64,000 nt of DNA, from IMG/VR virus record IMGVR_UViG_645948442_000001, positions 93,487 through 157,486 of that record. The stretch is one strand, 5' to 3'. Positions 1-9,846 of this stretch are shown in pieces. Positions within the stretch are counted from its first letter, which is position 1. The number at the start of each line of letters is the position of its first letter. This DNA comes from a virus. Taxonomy: Duplodnaviria > Caudoviricetes. The notes below the pieces were generated by a model, which ran no database searches, was not told the DNA's origin, and saw nothing but the letters and a program-made list of their open reading frames with translations. The position numbers were made by a program, and so were the translations under genes.

Positions 1-104
1 TCCTGCAGCCCCGCATCGGCTCCGTGACCGTCCCAACATTCCACGTCGCGCCATGGATGTTCAAGCGTGACGGCGAACCCACACAAGATTGATAGGAGCA
101 AGCA

Positions 105-677
105 ATGATCGACATCAGCAAGAATCCCTTCCGCTACCACAACAAGACGCAGGTGCGTCGCGCCATGTCCAATTTCCAGAAGGTCATGGACCAACTGAGC
201 AACGGCCATGCGCCCCAGGTCTATGTAGGCGGCCACAAAGCCACCCACGGCGGCATCTGCTCGGCCTGCAGCCTCGGCGGGCCCAACATACCTTTGCCCA
301 AGTGGGAGGGTTGGGTGGAATACTCTGGCTCCAGGGTGTTCCCCGTCCCAGCGCATCAATTGACGGCGGAGGAGGTCATGAAGGCGGCCAGCCATCTGCG
401 CCGGGGCATCTACGACGATGAGCAAAGCAAGGCCGCGTTCATCAAGGATTGGAACGGCTACAACCACAGGGCCAAAGCGGGGGCGGCTTATGGGCTCTAT
501 CACAGAAACTCCTGGGACAAGGACAACTCATACGGCGCGGCCCGTCTGCGCCTGTTCTCGTGGCTGTACTACATGCTGGTCAAGATGCATGCTCACTACC
601 ACACCAAGGACAAGGGCATCGACTTCAAGCACAAGTGGCTGAAGGATGACTCCATTGGCGAGGAGTTCAAGACTTGA
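105..677 (+). CDS. hypothetical protein (N-terminal NPFR motif, possibly distant member of the FNPFR family)
   Basis: 190-aa ORF, AGGAG RBS upstream, phage-typical codon usage. Confidence 0.8.
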   Translation: MIDISKNPFRYHNKTQVRRAMSNFQKVMDQLSNGHAPQVYVGGHKATHGGICSACSLGGPNIPLPKWEGWVEYSGSRVFPVPAHQLTAEEVMKAASHLRRGIYDDEQSKAAFIKDWNGYNHRAKAGAAYGLYHRNSWDKDNSYGAARLRLFSWLYYMLVKMHAHYHTKDKGIDFKHKWLKDDSIGEEFKT

Positions 678-829
678 ACACCGTAGCCATGGTCATCGCT
701 CTGGAGGAAGAGGGCGATGACGAATGCAATGCTCAATGTGCTGAAGTGTTCAGCACAATCATCCTGGTGGCCTGTTTCTCTGTCGCTGTCGGGTTTATCT
801 GCGGTCTGTATCGTAGCTGGAGGGGTTGA
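674..829 (+). CDS. small membrane protein
   Basis: Translated by hand: TTG start overlapping the upstream stop, GAGGAG upstream, hydrophobic stretch IILVACFSVAVGFICGLY; below the ORF-track size cutoff. Confidence 0.5.
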   Translation: MNTVAMVIALEEEGDDECNAQCAEVFSTIILVACFSVAVGFICGLYRSWRG

Positions 830-1197
830 TGAAAGAGGATGTGATCAACATCAAGTTGGAGGCCAGGATCAGGAAGGTTCTGATTCTGTACGAGGAGCTG
901 ATGGACATGGCCAGGGAAGGTTCCATCGCCCCGGGCGCCATCAAGGTCAAGAGCATGCGGGCTGGTTCCTTCCTCATGGAGATGGTGGGCTCCAGCCGTG
1001 AGCAGGACAAGATGTGGAGCGACTTGATCGAAATCTGGTGTCTCCAGAACAGCAGGCGCAAGGAGTGGGATGGCGACCACCCCTTCAACGCCAGCAGACA
1101 AGAGGCCATCGCCGAGCATCAGGGTGGCACACTCCACCTCAACAAGCTCTACGAATCGTTCATCGACTGGGCCATCAGGTATCTCCATGCCCCATGA
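826..1197 (+). CDS. hypothetical protein
   Basis: ORF with GGAGG RBS; C-terminal HPFN...H.N...FIDW resembles the YPFGG family. Confidence 0.7.
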   Translation: MMKEDVINIKLEARIRKVLILYEELMDMAREGSIAPGAIKVKSMRAGSFLMEMVGSSREQDKMWSDLIEIWCLQNSRRKEWDGDHPFNASRQEAIAEHQGGTLHLNKLYESFIDWAIRYLHAP

Positions 1198-1564
1198 TCC
1201 ATTGTGCCTCGCGCCGATGGGCGGAGCTTGCGATTGCTGGCTGATCCCTGCTAGCAACGTCACCAAGGCCAAGGCCGAGGATGGCAGTGATGTGTACGTG
1301 GTCAAACGGGACGGCCGCAAGCCGCATCCTGGTGATGGCCCCATGTTCATCAAGCCCAGGGTCGTCAGCGGCCCAAAGACCTATCGCACTGAATGCGGTC
1401 ACTGCGGTTCAGTGGTCGACTACAACCTGACCATGATGCAAGTCACCCGGTTGGGTACGTCAAGGGATGGCCCCGTCCATCGCCCCATCATGCCTTGTCC
1501 CGTTTGCGGTACAAGGATCACCCACTATCACAACCTGGCCAAGGAGGCCCCAAAGGAAGCATGA
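1187..1564 (+). CDS. zinc-ribbon protein
   Basis: CGHC...CPVC pairs; ATG at 1187 overlaps the end of the previous gene. Confidence 0.6.
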   Translation: MPHDPLCLAPMGGACDCWLIPASNVTKAKAEDGSDVYVVKRDGRKPHPGDGPMFIKPRVVSGPKTYRTECGHCGSVVDYNLTMMQVTRLGTSRDGPVHRPIMPCPVCGTRITHYHNLAKEAPKEA

Positions 1565-2055
1565 CAGAAGCAACGAAGACATTTGAGCCCAGCAACTTCC
1601 TCCAGAGCGAGGAGGAGATTCAAGCCTGGCTCGATGAAATGAGCATGGAGGCAGCCAAAGCCCGAGCGCGCCTGGCCGCCAAAGCAGAAGCCCCTGATGT
1701 GGTGCACACCCTGCGGCTCGATGAGATCGAGCTCGTTGAGGTGGTTGAACTCTGTACCGGCCACGCCCCAAGCATCAATGACATCCGTGAGGTGGGTTAC
1801 GACCACCGACTCGGCACCGTCACCATCTTCATCAAGCACGGCCCTGACGGCGTGGGCCCCATCAAGATCCAGTACGGCATTCCTCGCGAGATCGTTGATC
1901 TCGACGCCGGCAAGCGCCTCAAGGCCGCGCGCATCTGGGCTGCTGAACAAGACCTGGCGGCTGCCTTGCTCGAGAGGGATGAGATCGAGAAGGAAATCAC
2001 CTACGCCAAGCAATGCCTGGCTGCGGCGAAGGAAATGCCTGATGGCTATCAGTGA
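1561..2055 (+). CDS. hypothetical protein with coiled-coil segments
   Basis: ATGA overlap, AAGGA RBS. Confidence 0.7.
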   Translation: MTEATKTFEPSNFLQSEEEIQAWLDEMSMEAAKARARLAAKAEAPDVVHTLRLDEIELVEVVELCTGHAPSINDIREVGYDHRLGTVTIFIKHGPDGVGPIKIQYGIPREIVDLDAGKRLKAARIWAAEQDLAAALLERDEIEKEITYAKQCLAAAKEMPDGYQ

Positions 2056-2202
2056 GACAAAGCTGATCATCTTCGAGCAGGCGCTCGGTTTCTATCTGTG
2101 GTCCTTCGCATCGAACACCCAACATACCGATGAGTTCCGCATCAAGCATCAACGTGAATCGGCCGCAGCGTATGCCTCGGCCAGAAAGAAAATGGGCATT
2201 GA

Positions 2203-3321
2203 ATGAGCAAGTTCATCAAGTACAACGACACCAAGCAGTTCCGTGACATCAACTCCCATGTCCGCAACTGGTCCAACCACCATGGCGCCAAGCCGCCTGT
2301 GCTGATCTTCAGCGCCACCGTCAAGCTGCATGGCACCAACGCCTCGGTCATCTTCAGCGGTGAGCAGTGTGAGTACCACTACTGCCAATCTCGCAACCGT
2401 GTGCTGACTCCCGCCTCGGACAACGCAGGCTTCGCCGCATTCGTCGAGGGCACAGCCCTGGAGGAACTGCGGGCCATCGCTCTGGAAGTGCGCAAGGATC
2501 ACCCCGGCAGCACACCCATTCAAATCTACGGCGAGTGGGCAGGCCCTGGTGTGCAGCCAGGAGACACGGCGATCCAGAGCATCCCCCACAAGATGTTCTT
2601 CGTGTTCTCCATCCGGGTGGCCGACGGCAACGAGGAGCACAACTGGCTGCGCCCGACCAAGTACATGGACATGACCCAAGACCTCATGTTCGAGGACGAC
2701 CGTCAGCGTGTGCGCAACCTGGAAGGCATGTCCTGGTCTGTGGACATCGACTTCAACGCCCCGGGCGAGGCCGTCAACTGGATCACCAAGCTGGTCGAAG
2801 AGGTAGAGAACCGCTGCCCCGTGGGCGTCCAGCTGTGCGAGAACTGGGGCATCGAGCCTCGCACCAAGCTGGGTGAAGGTCTGGTGTGGCGTTGCATCGG
2901 CTACGTGGATGCCAATGGCGATCGCCACTACGTGGATGAGTACAACCACAACGGCGCCACCTACGACCTGCGCCAGCTGTTCTTCAAGACCAAGGGCGAG
3001 AAGCACAGCGTGACCAAGGTCAAGGTGCTGGTCCCCGTGGACCTGGAGAAGCAGAAGTGTCTCCAGGACTTCATCGAGTACGCGGTGACTGAGAACCGCA
3101 TGCGGCAGGGTCTGGTCGAGCTGGCTTCCATGGGCAAGGAGCTCAAGCGTGAGCACACTGGCGACTTCGTTCGCTGGGTCCACGGCGATGTGGTGAAGGA
3201 AGAACTGGCCACCCTGGTCGCCTCCAATCTGGAACCCAAGCAGATCGGCGGGCCGCTGGCTCAAGTGGCCAAGCGTTTCTACCTGGCTCAAGTGGAAGAG
3301 GCTGCTGCGGTCCCGGCATAA
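2203..3321 (+). CDS. RNA ligase, Rnl2 family
   Basis: Nucleotidyltransferase motifs KLHGTN (I), IYGEWAGPGVQ (III), FFVF (IIIa), EGLV (IV), KTK (V). Confidence 0.85.
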   Translation: MSKFIKYNDTKQFRDINSHVRNWSNHHGAKPPVLIFSATVKLHGTNASVIFSGEQCEYHYCQSRNRVLTPASDNAGFAAFVEGTALEELRAIALEVRKDHPGSTPIQIYGEWAGPGVQPGDTAIQSIPHKMFFVFSIRVADGNEEHNWLRPTKYMDMTQDLMFEDDRQRVRNLEGMSWSVDIDFNAPGEAVNWITKLVEEVENRCPVGVQLCENWGIEPRTKLGEGLVWRCIGYVDANGDRHYVDEYNHNGATYDLRQLFFKTKGEKHSVTKVKVLVPVDLEKQKCLQDFIEYAVTENRMRQGLVELASMGKELKREHTGDFVRWVHGDVVKEELATLVASNLEPKQIGGPLAQVAKRFYLAQVEEAAAVPA

Positions 3322-3406
3322 CCACTCGGCGCGGTTGGGCATAGGTTGAGCCTCAAAATTCAACCTATAATTCGTTCACCCTCAACAAACACCGCATGGT
3401 GATCAA

Positions 3407-3709
3407 ATGTCCCAAGCTCAATCGCAAAACCCCTTCGTCCTCATCCTGCAGCACCTGCTGTCCCCCGAGGACATCAACGAGTACGGTCACATCGTGACGG
3501 GGCGCAGCAGCTGCTTTCACTCCATCGCAGGTGCGGTGTACAAGCTGGAAGCCACAGGCGCCCTCAAGGGCATCGACATCACCCTGATGCATGCCATGAT
3601 CACCACCGCACGCCCCAAGGGCTGCGAGGAGGGCATCGAAGACCGGATTGAAATCCAGCGCCTGCGCGTCGAGACCGTCCGCATGCTGGCCATCGCATGG
3701 AAACACTGA
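3407..3709 (+). CDS. hypothetical protein
   Basis: ORF downstream of a TATAAT promoter at ~3366. Confidence 0.65.
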   Translation: MSQAQSQNPFVLILQHLLSPEDINEYGHIVTGRSSCFHSIAGAVYKLEATGALKGIDITLMHAMITTARPKGCEEGIEDRIEIQRLRVETVRMLAIAWKH

Positions 3710-3710
3710 C

Positions 3711-3899
3711 ATGTATCAACTCCACATCGCAATCTACGCCACCCTGTACTCCCGAGAGCCCAGTCAAGCCAACTCCAGCCAGCAGGCTTTGTCCTTCGAA
3801 ACCGAAGCGCAGGCTGAGAAGGCTTTGGACCATCTGAGCAAGTCCTACCTGGCCGAAGGCTACACCCGCAGCATCACGAGGCTCTATGACCCCAGCTGA
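3711..3899 (+). CDS. small hypothetical protein, paralog of 23834..24043
   Basis: Shared F(E/D)TE..AE.AL...RLY pattern. Confidence 0.6.
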   Translation: MYQLHIAIYATLYSREPSQANSSQQALSFETEAQAEKALDHLSKSYLAEGYTRSITRLYDPS

Positions 3900-4395
3900 G
3901 CAGGATGAAGTCACCAGGATGCTGCTCGAACTGAACAGCATCCGGCCTGGGTTGTACCAGGCCATGCGCAAACAGGCTCCCCAGGCGGAGCCTGTTGTCA
4001 ATGGTTGGACCAAGTTCCGTGACTGGTTCTTCGGTCCGCCAGCGCCAGCTCCTGAGTTGCCCAAGTGGCGGCCTGTGTACGGCGGCGACAAAGGCTGGAT
4101 CCATGTCGAGGAGACCGAGGATGGCAAGCGCATCTCGTTCGCCTCGCACAAGGAGCACCACCAACGCCACTCTATGGATCGCAGCATGTACATCTTCACG
4201 ATCAAGCCTGATCTGGAGGTGAACACCTATAGTGAATCGGTGATTCGCATGTGGATAGTGTGGTCCAGATATGAATGGCATCACACCCACAACCAGGAAG
4301 GTTGGGAGAAGTTCAAGGAGTCGGTGAAGTTCACCCTTGACAGTTTGCAACACGTCATTGAAAGGCAAAATGAGCAGGACCAAACGAGGCAGTAA
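3886..4395 (+). CDS. hypothetical protein
   Basis: 169-aa ORF in a tightly packed operon, GAGG RBS. Confidence 0.7.
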   Translation: MTPAEQDEVTRMLLELNSIRPGLYQAMRKQAPQAEPVVNGWTKFRDWFFGPPAPAPELPKWRPVYGGDKGWIHVEETEDGKRISFASHKEHHQRHSMDRSMYIFTIKPDLEVNTYSESVIRMWIVWSRYEWHHTHNQEGWEKFKESVKFTLDSLQHVIERQNEQDQTRQ

Positions 4396-4540
4396 GGGTT
4401 CGGGCTACGACTACGGGTCGCCACGCCCATTCAACAAGGGCTACTCCACCAGCCCATCGAAGGACAACACCATGGTGAAGCGTCGGGTGGCAAAGGCCGA
4501 GCGACAGCAAGGCAAACAGCAAGCGAAGGAGGAGCAGTGA
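4370..4540 (+). CDS. small basic phage protein
   Basis: MSRTKRGSKGSGYDY.. ORF; GTGA overlap with the next gene. Confidence 0.6.
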   Translation: MSRTKRGSKGSGYDYGSPRPFNKGYSTSPSKDNTMVKRRVAKAERQQGKQQAKEEQ

Positions 4541-4857
4541 GCGAAGCACAAATCGCAGATGACGAGGCTGCGAGGCTGAGCACCCAGCCAGAGATTGATG
4601 AGGACTTGACGCCGCGCGCCAGGCACATCAACACCATCATGCGTCTGGTGGACATGGGTCACTGGCCCGAGCAAGGACACAACATCGGAGACCTGGGCGG
4701 GGAGGATCGCACCTGGCTGTTCGCGAACCTGTACCTGAGAGGGTACACAGCCAGGTACAGTCACCACATCCAGCACTACCGCATGATCCATGTGAAGGTG
4801 TCGGATGAAGGCTCCAACAGCCAGTGGCACAAATCCAAACGATTGGGGGCTGGATGA
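4537..4857 (+). CDS. hypothetical protein
   Basis: GTG start with GGAGGAG RBS. Confidence 0.65.
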   Translation: MSEAQIADDEAARLSTQPEIDEDLTPRARHINTIMRLVDMGHWPEQGHNIGDLGGEDRTWLFANLYLRGYTARYSHHIQHYRMIHVKVSDEGSNSQWHKSKRLGAG

Positions 4858-5224
4858 CGTGTACAGACGCTACTACATCCGTTGTCCAATCTGTGGATGG
4901 GTCAAAGGTCACGACTACGGGTGCCCAAGGGATCCCCTTGTACGCAGTGCTGGTGGACAGGGCAGTTGTGGCCCAGGCCAGCATCGACCGACTGGCCAAG
5001 TCCAATCTGCTTGAGCGTTTCATCAGGATCGAGGCGCTCAAGGAGCAGGTCAAGGAATACGAGACGCAACCACTCAAGCGGTACCACTACCATGTGTCTG
5101 GCAGCACAGGGGCAGAGGCATATCTGTACCATGCCAGCCAGGTCAGGCGCATCATGGGTCGCTACCCTCGCGGGGCCGCCCAGGCTGTGCTGGCCAATCT
5201 TCCTCCCTTCCCGGTGAAGTGATC

Positions 5225-5268
5225 AAAGCCCCTTCTAAGCGAAGGGGCTTTTGTTTTCAGGCTATAAT
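5225..5268 (+). promoter_or_regulatory. terminator hairpin plus TTTTCAGGCTATAAT promoter cassette
   Basis: AAAGCCCCTTC-loop-GAAGGGGCTTTT immediately followed by a -10 box. Confidence 0.8.
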
Positions 5269-5293
5269 GAGCATCCTTTCAACCAACATGTGA

Positions 5294-5866
5294 ATGAACA
5301 TGAACCAATACCAGCGCCACTCTGAAATCGGCAACTACACTGTGTTCGAGGCTATGCGGGAGGGCATCAAGCGCCTCAACATTGATCAAGACATCAGTTG
5401 CGGTTTGGTCAGTGTCCGCATGCGCACCTTCTACGAGCACGGTGTTGTGTGCGAGGGTTGCGGCCGCGTGGGTCAATTCTTCGCTGTCGAGCGCCCTCTG
5501 AACAGCACAGACCATCGTCAGTGGCACCTGAACCTGTACGATGCCGAAGGCATGCTGATGACGCATGACCATGTGATCCCTCGTTCCAAGGGCGGCAAGG
5601 ACAACACCGACAACACACAGACGATGTGCTATGAGTGCAACCAGCGCAAGGCCGACCGCATGCCGCATGAAGGTCTGGGCCCTGTGAGGGCGCCCAAGCA
5701 GCCTCGGGTCACGATCAAGGATGCGGCCGCCCAGGTGGCCAAGGAAGTCGCAGAACGGAATGCGGCCTGGGCGGGCATAGGCGTCTCTGATGTCTGCGAT
5801 GTGTGGAATCGCATGAACAAGATTCTGGGCAAATCCCAGGCCGACGCACCTGTGGTCAGCGATTGA
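5294..5866 (+). CDS. HNH endonuclease
   Basis: CEGC ... THDHVIPRSKGGKDNTDNTQTMCYECNQRK HNH signature. Confidence 0.85.
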   Translation: MNMNQYQRHSEIGNYTVFEAMREGIKRLNIDQDISCGLVSVRMRTFYEHGVVCEGCGRVGQFFAVERPLNSTDHRQWHLNLYDAEGMLMTHDHVIPRSKGGKDNTDNTQTMCYECNQRKADRMPHEGLGPVRAPKQPRVTIKDAAAQVAKEVAERNAAWAGIGVSDVCDVWNRMNKILGKSQADAPVVSD

Positions 5867-5896
5867 CTTCAGGTCCATTTTCAGCCCACCCGATAC

Positions 5897-5949
5897 AAAG
5901 CCCCCGCAAGTCGTAGGGGCTTTCTTGGTGAACATTTTCAAGCTATAAT
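5897..5949 (+). promoter_or_regulatory. terminator plus promoter cassette
   Basis: AAAGCCCC..GGGGCTTT hairpin then TTTTCAAGCTATAAT. Confidence 0.75.
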
Positions 5950-5978
5950 AGGGGCTCCTCAACCAACACTTGATCCAC

Positions 5979-6179
5979 ATGTCCAGAACCACTCAACTTG
6001 CTGCTATCGCTCGGGTCATGAACTTGACCCCTCAGCAAGCGACATATCTGCCTGCTTGCGTGTCCGTCATCGCAAAGAAGATGAACATGCAGGAGCAGGC
6101 AGTGATCAACAAACTGGAAGACTCCAAGGAGCTGCGCGACTACGTCAGAGCAGCAATCGAGCAATCTGAACACCATTAA
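5979..6179 (+). CDS. hypothetical protein
   Basis: ORF after promoter. Confidence 0.6.
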   Translation: MSRTTQLAAIARVMNLTPQQATYLPACVSVIAKKMNMQEQAVINKLEDSKELRDYVRAAIEQSEHH

Positions 6180-6207
6180 GGAGAGGGGCTTCGGCCCCTT
6201 CGCCGAC

Positions 6208-6438
6208 ATGACCACATACATCAACATCAAGAAGCCCAAGTTGCTCGCCTTCGGACAACTGGACCCTGGGGATCAGTTCATGATGTTCAACGTCCCACAT
6301 CTGAAGCTCAAGATACAGGAGGCGCAGCGGTACAACTGCGTCGACTGCACCAACGGCATCGCCAAGACCGTGGGGGCTGGCCAATTGGTCCAGCCCATCA
6401 AAGAAGTCCACTACAACGCAGAGGAAATCATCGAGTGA
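6208..6438 (+). CDS. small beta-rich protein, paralog of 6997..7275
   Basis: Shared F..(L/I)..G..F...LK...RYN...C pattern. Confidence 0.65.
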   Translation: MTTYINIKKPKLLAFGQLDPGDQFMMFNVPHLKLKIQEAQRYNCVDCTNGIAKTVGAGQLVQPIKEVHYNAEEIIE

Positions 6439-6495
6439 AATACAAAATATTGATCAACGTCGACCGCGCTGTCGAGAAACTCTACCCCGCCTACG

Positions 6496-6987
6496 ATGAC
6501 TGAAGCAGCCCAACACCCAACGCCGCCAGGCTGGAACCCGATGGACACAGCACCCAAGGATGGTCGCCTGCTCCGCCTGATGGTCATGTTCGAGGCCCAC
6601 GCGACCGAGGACGTTGACGGTCCAGCCCCGACCATCGGCCACAACAGCCTGACCCAGAACGACGATGACACCTGGTATTTCTCCGGTTGGTGCTGGGATC
6701 ATGACCATTGGACCGAGGGCGTCGGTGTTCCAGTGGGCTGGCTGCCGTACCAGACATCGCCCATCAGCATGTTGCCCAAGCATCAGGGCGGTGGCGAGGC
6801 CCATCTGGGTTTCGTCAACGGCTGGAACCTGGCAGTCATGCAGGTGAACCAGGACATCACAGAACGCAAACCCGTGGCCTGGCGCGGCGTGAACGTTGAC
6901 GGCGAATACATGTACTATGATGAGTTCCCCAAGGAGCTCACCGAAGAACAGCAACGCCAAATCCACCTCCGGGCACTCTACGAATAG
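6496..6987 (+). CDS. DUF551-like domain protein
   Basis: WNPMDTAPKDG...GWLP pattern typical of phage DUF551-like domains. Confidence 0.6.
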   Translation: MTEAAQHPTPPGWNPMDTAPKDGRLLRLMVMFEAHATEDVDGPAPTIGHNSLTQNDDDTWYFSGWCWDHDHWTEGVGVPVGWLPYQTSPISMLPKHQGGGEAHLGFVNGWNLAVMQVNQDITERKPVAWRGVNVDGEYMYYDEFPKELTEEQQRQIHLRALYE

Positions 6988-6996
6988 GAGCAATCG

Positions 6997-7275
6997 ATGA
7001 GCAACAAGAAATCCACATACTACCATCACCACAACCCAACGGCCAAGGAGATGGAATCCTTCGCCGACATCACAGAAGGGCAGATGTTCTATGTGGGCGT
7101 GATCGGGCCGTACCTCAAGGTGGACCCCAACGTCATGAGCGTTTGTGAGTTGGGGAGCGAGACCCGCTACAACGCCATCCAGTGCATGTCCTCGGCAGGT
7201 GCGGTGTTCCCTCCCGAGACCAAGGTCAATATCGTGACCGACGTCACTTCGGTCACCAAGTTCCCGAGAGGATGA
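6997..7275 (+). CDS. small protein, paralog of 6208..6438
   Basis: AGGAG RBS, shared motifs. Confidence 0.65.
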   Translation: MSNKKSTYYHHHNPTAKEMESFADITEGQMFYVGVIGPYLKVDPNVMSVCELGSETRYNAIQCMSSAGAVFPPETKVNIVTDVTSVTKFPRG

Positions 7276-7459
7276 CTGTCATCCTCAAGGGCAATGGTCA
7301 TGTGGAGGTGGTTGAGACGCCCAATCCGCAGGCTGACCACTACCGGGATGCGATAGCCAGAGCCTGTGAAGGTTGGACGTTGCCTCCTGACCTCCGCAAG
7401 ATGCTGGAGACGGCCCTGTGGAATCCACCCCCACCAACCATCCAGACCATCGCATGAAC

Positions 7460-7512
7460 AAAGCCCCTTCCCCGTGAAGGGGCTTTTACTTTTGGGTAGA
7501 TCAAGCTATACT
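7460..7512 (+). promoter_or_regulatory. terminator plus promoter cassette (TATACT)
   Basis: CAAAGCCCCTTCCCCGTGAAGGGGCTTTT, identical to the copy at ~12322. Confidence 0.75.
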
Positions 7513-7543
7513 CTTCCCATCACCAACCAACTGAGCAAATCAG

Positions 7544-8047
7544 ATGAACATCACCACTGACAACTTCCACATCATCCGAGACGAACTGCACAAGATGCTG
7601 CAAGGCAAGAAGAAGAACAACAGTCGTCAATGGCGCCGCACCTGGGCTCGTCTGGCTCCTATGGGGTTTGTTCGCATCATCTTCGGCTCCGGCAACGAGC
7701 TGACCCGCACCCGCATGGCCCAGCTGGAGCAGCTGTCCAAGGAGCTGGTGTGTCTGATAGACACAGAATCCATCTACGGATCGGGCTTCAAGCATGACGG
7801 TCTGGTGATCGAGAAGAAGAAATTCCAGTGCTACATCACATTCCCCATCCCCGAAGGAGAAGTCAGCCTGCGGGCACAAAAGATCACAGCTCGGTGCCTG
7901 CTCAACGTTTTGGCCGACCTCAACCTGTACCGTGAGCCTGACTGGGATGCGCGTATCCTGGCCTTCGCCAAGACGCTGTCCGAGCGTAAGGCGTACAAGA
8001 AGCAGGTTGCCGCCAGATTGGCTACCAGACTGCAGGCATTCTATTGA
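7544..8047 (+). CDS. hypothetical protein
   Basis: 167-aa ORF between cassettes. Confidence 0.7.
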   Translation: MNITTDNFHIIRDELHKMLQGKKKNNSRQWRRTWARLAPMGFVRIIFGSGNELTRTRMAQLEQLSKELVCLIDTESIYGSGFKHDGLVIEKKKFQCYITFPIPEGEVSLRAQKITARCLLNVLADLNLYREPDWDARILAFAKTLSERKAYKKQVAARLATRLQAFY

Positions 8048-8063
8048 TCGGTTGCCCCTCAAC

Positions 8064-8115
8064 AAAGCCCCTGCTAACCGTAGGGGCTTTCGTTTATCAA
8101 GTTTTCAGCTATAAT
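8064..8115 (+). promoter_or_regulatory. terminator plus promoter cassette
   Basis: AAGCCCCTGCTAACCGTAGGGGCTTT, identical to copies at ~8401 and ~20583. Confidence 0.8.
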
Positions 8116-8150
8116 AAATCCATCTCAACCAAGACAGACTGGAAACTCAA

Positions 8151-8393
8151 ATGGCCTCCTACATCAACGAAATGGACAAGATCGCTCGCACTCTGACGCT
8201 GGACATCAGCCGCGCTCAAGCGTTGGCCCTGACTCGCATAGCCGGTCTGCTCAAGCAATCCAGCAACCTGGAAAACATCCGCGCGGAACACGACCAGATC
8301 ATCAAGGACATGAACACGCAGGTGACTGACCTGTGCTCCGCAGCAGAACGTGCTGAGGCGGCGATCAACGCCCGCTTCCCCAGCGAGGGTTGA
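8151..8393 (+). CDS. small coiled-coil protein (single-gene cassette)
   Basis: Flanked by identical terminator hairpins. Confidence 0.75.
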   Translation: MASYINEMDKIARTLTLDISRAQALALTRIAGLLKQSSNLENIRAEHDQIIKDMNTQVTDLCSAAERAEAAINARFPSEG

Positions 8394-8399
8394 TGAACC

Positions 8400-8452
8400 A
8401 AAGCCCCTGCTAACCGTAGGGGCTTTGCTTGATCAAGATTCTCAAGTATAAT
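8400..8452 (+). promoter_or_regulatory. terminator plus promoter cassette
   Basis: Hairpin then TTCTCAAGTATAAT. Confidence 0.75.
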
Positions 8453-8488
8453 AAACTCATCGCAAACAAGACATCACTGGAGATCGCC

Positions 8489-8812
8489 ATGAACACCTAC
8501 CTGATCAATGAAGACAAGGCCCCCATCGCCGACAAGGCTTGGAAGATCACAGGCCCCAAGTGGGTGTCTCGTCACGGCAAACAGATGACCAGCCAACTGT
8601 TCTCCATCGGGCGAGTCAACGGCTCTGAACCGAAGCAGTACGGTTGGCAACTGGTGATCCGTGAAGAGGGTCAAGTGTACATCATCGTTGAGATGTTTGT
8701 GAACACCAGTCAACCCACGCACTGCCAGACCATGACCGAGGCCCTGTGGACCCTGCGCGAAATCCTGGCGAGCGAGATTCGCAGCGACGTGCGTTCCACC
8801 AACAACCACTGA
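8489..8812 (+). CDS. hypothetical protein
   Basis: TGGAG RBS before ATG 8489. Confidence 0.7.
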   Translation: MNTYLINEDKAPIADKAWKITGPKWVSRHGKQMTSQLFSIGRVNGSEPKQYGWQLVIREEGQVYIIVEMFVNTSQPTHCQTMTEALWTLREILASEIRSDVRSTNNH

Positions 8813-8901
8813 ATTCCCCTACGGTACGCTTGGGTATAAAAATATCAAGCAAAAATCAACTATAATAAATCCACCTCAACCAAAACACACTGGAGTCCAC
8901 C

Positions 8902-9555
8902 ATGACCAACGCTTACCACACCGCACAACGCAAGGGCTTCACCAAGGGCTCGGCCAACACCTACAACTGCCGCATCTGCGGTCACCTGACACGCCCCACG
9001 GGCCGTGGTGACAACGATGGTCTGCGCCTGTGTGAACTCTGCTACGAGCTGGCTGGTGAAGAGAACAGCTACAGCGACAACAAGGAGTTCTATGACACGC
9101 CCCAGAACGTGCTGAACATGATCGCTGGCGTGGCCAAGCAAGGCGGCGACGCAAGCCGCTGGGACGAAATGAAGGCTGACGCCGAGCGCCTGCTGGGCAT
9201 CGCTTCCGTCAAGGTCGAGGCTGAGGCTGCTCCCGCCGCCCCCACCAACGATATCCCCGAGGCCGCCAAGGTTGCGGTCGAGCGTCTGCTGAAGCGTGCC
9301 ACCGAGACCAAGGAACCCTGCCGCACCTACGCAACCCAGGCCTCCTGCCTGATCGCCGCCAAGAAGATGGCCCAGGCCACAGCCAACCACTTCGCCCTGG
9401 ACCAGTCCAAGGATGCAGTGCCCGCTGACTTCTTCATGATGCTGATCCCCAACCTGAACCGCTGGACCTTCTGCATCCACCTGAGCGAAGTCATCAAGCG
9501 CGAGAGCAGCACTGGCGGCTTCCTGGGCTTCTGCTCGGACATCTACACCTACTGA
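8902..9555 (+). CDS. zinc-finger (CRIC/CELC) early protein
   Basis: Own TATAAT promoter (8861), TGGAG RBS, strongly biased codons. Confidence 0.8.
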   Translation: MTNAYHTAQRKGFTKGSANTYNCRICGHLTRPTGRGDNDGLRLCELCYELAGEENSYSDNKEFYDTPQNVLNMIAGVAKQGGDASRWDEMKADAERLLGIASVKVEAEAAPAAPTNDIPEAAKVAVERLLKRATETKEPCRTYATQASCLIAAKKMAQATANHFALDQSKDAVPADFFMMLIPNLNRWTFCIHLSEVIKRESSTGGFLGFCSDIYTY

Positions 9556-9594
9556 TCCACATGGGGGCTTCGGCCCCCACACAAGGAGAGCACC

Positions 9595-9843
9595 ATGGCC
9601 CAAAAGCCGACCAAGTCCGAGCTGGCATTCAGCGCATTGGCCGTGGTAGTGCTGTCTGCGAGTTTCGCTGGCTCGTACTACCAGGACACGCCAGAACACA
9701 AGGCCAAGAAAGCTCAGCACCAAGCAGATCAGCTGCGCCAGCAAACGATCTGTGTTCATGGTGTGTTGTTCATTGACCAGAAGGGCGTCAAGTCCCAAAT
9801 CCTCTCGCCCGAAGGCAAGGGCCTACCATGCAAGGAGCATTGA
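9595..9843 (+). CDS. small membrane-anchored protein
   Basis: N-terminal hydrophobic helix, AAGGAG RBS. Confidence 0.7.
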   Translation: MAQKPTKSELAFSALAVVVLSASFAGSYYQDTPEHKAKKAQHQADQLRQQTICVHGVLFIDQKGVKSQILSPEGKGLPCKEH

Positions 9844-9846
9844 TAC

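Noticed and set aside
4805-5222. Two overlapping frames (CPICG..H..GCP zinc-ribbon frame and 4824..5222)
   Set aside because: Could not decide which start or frame is real, so it was not annotated
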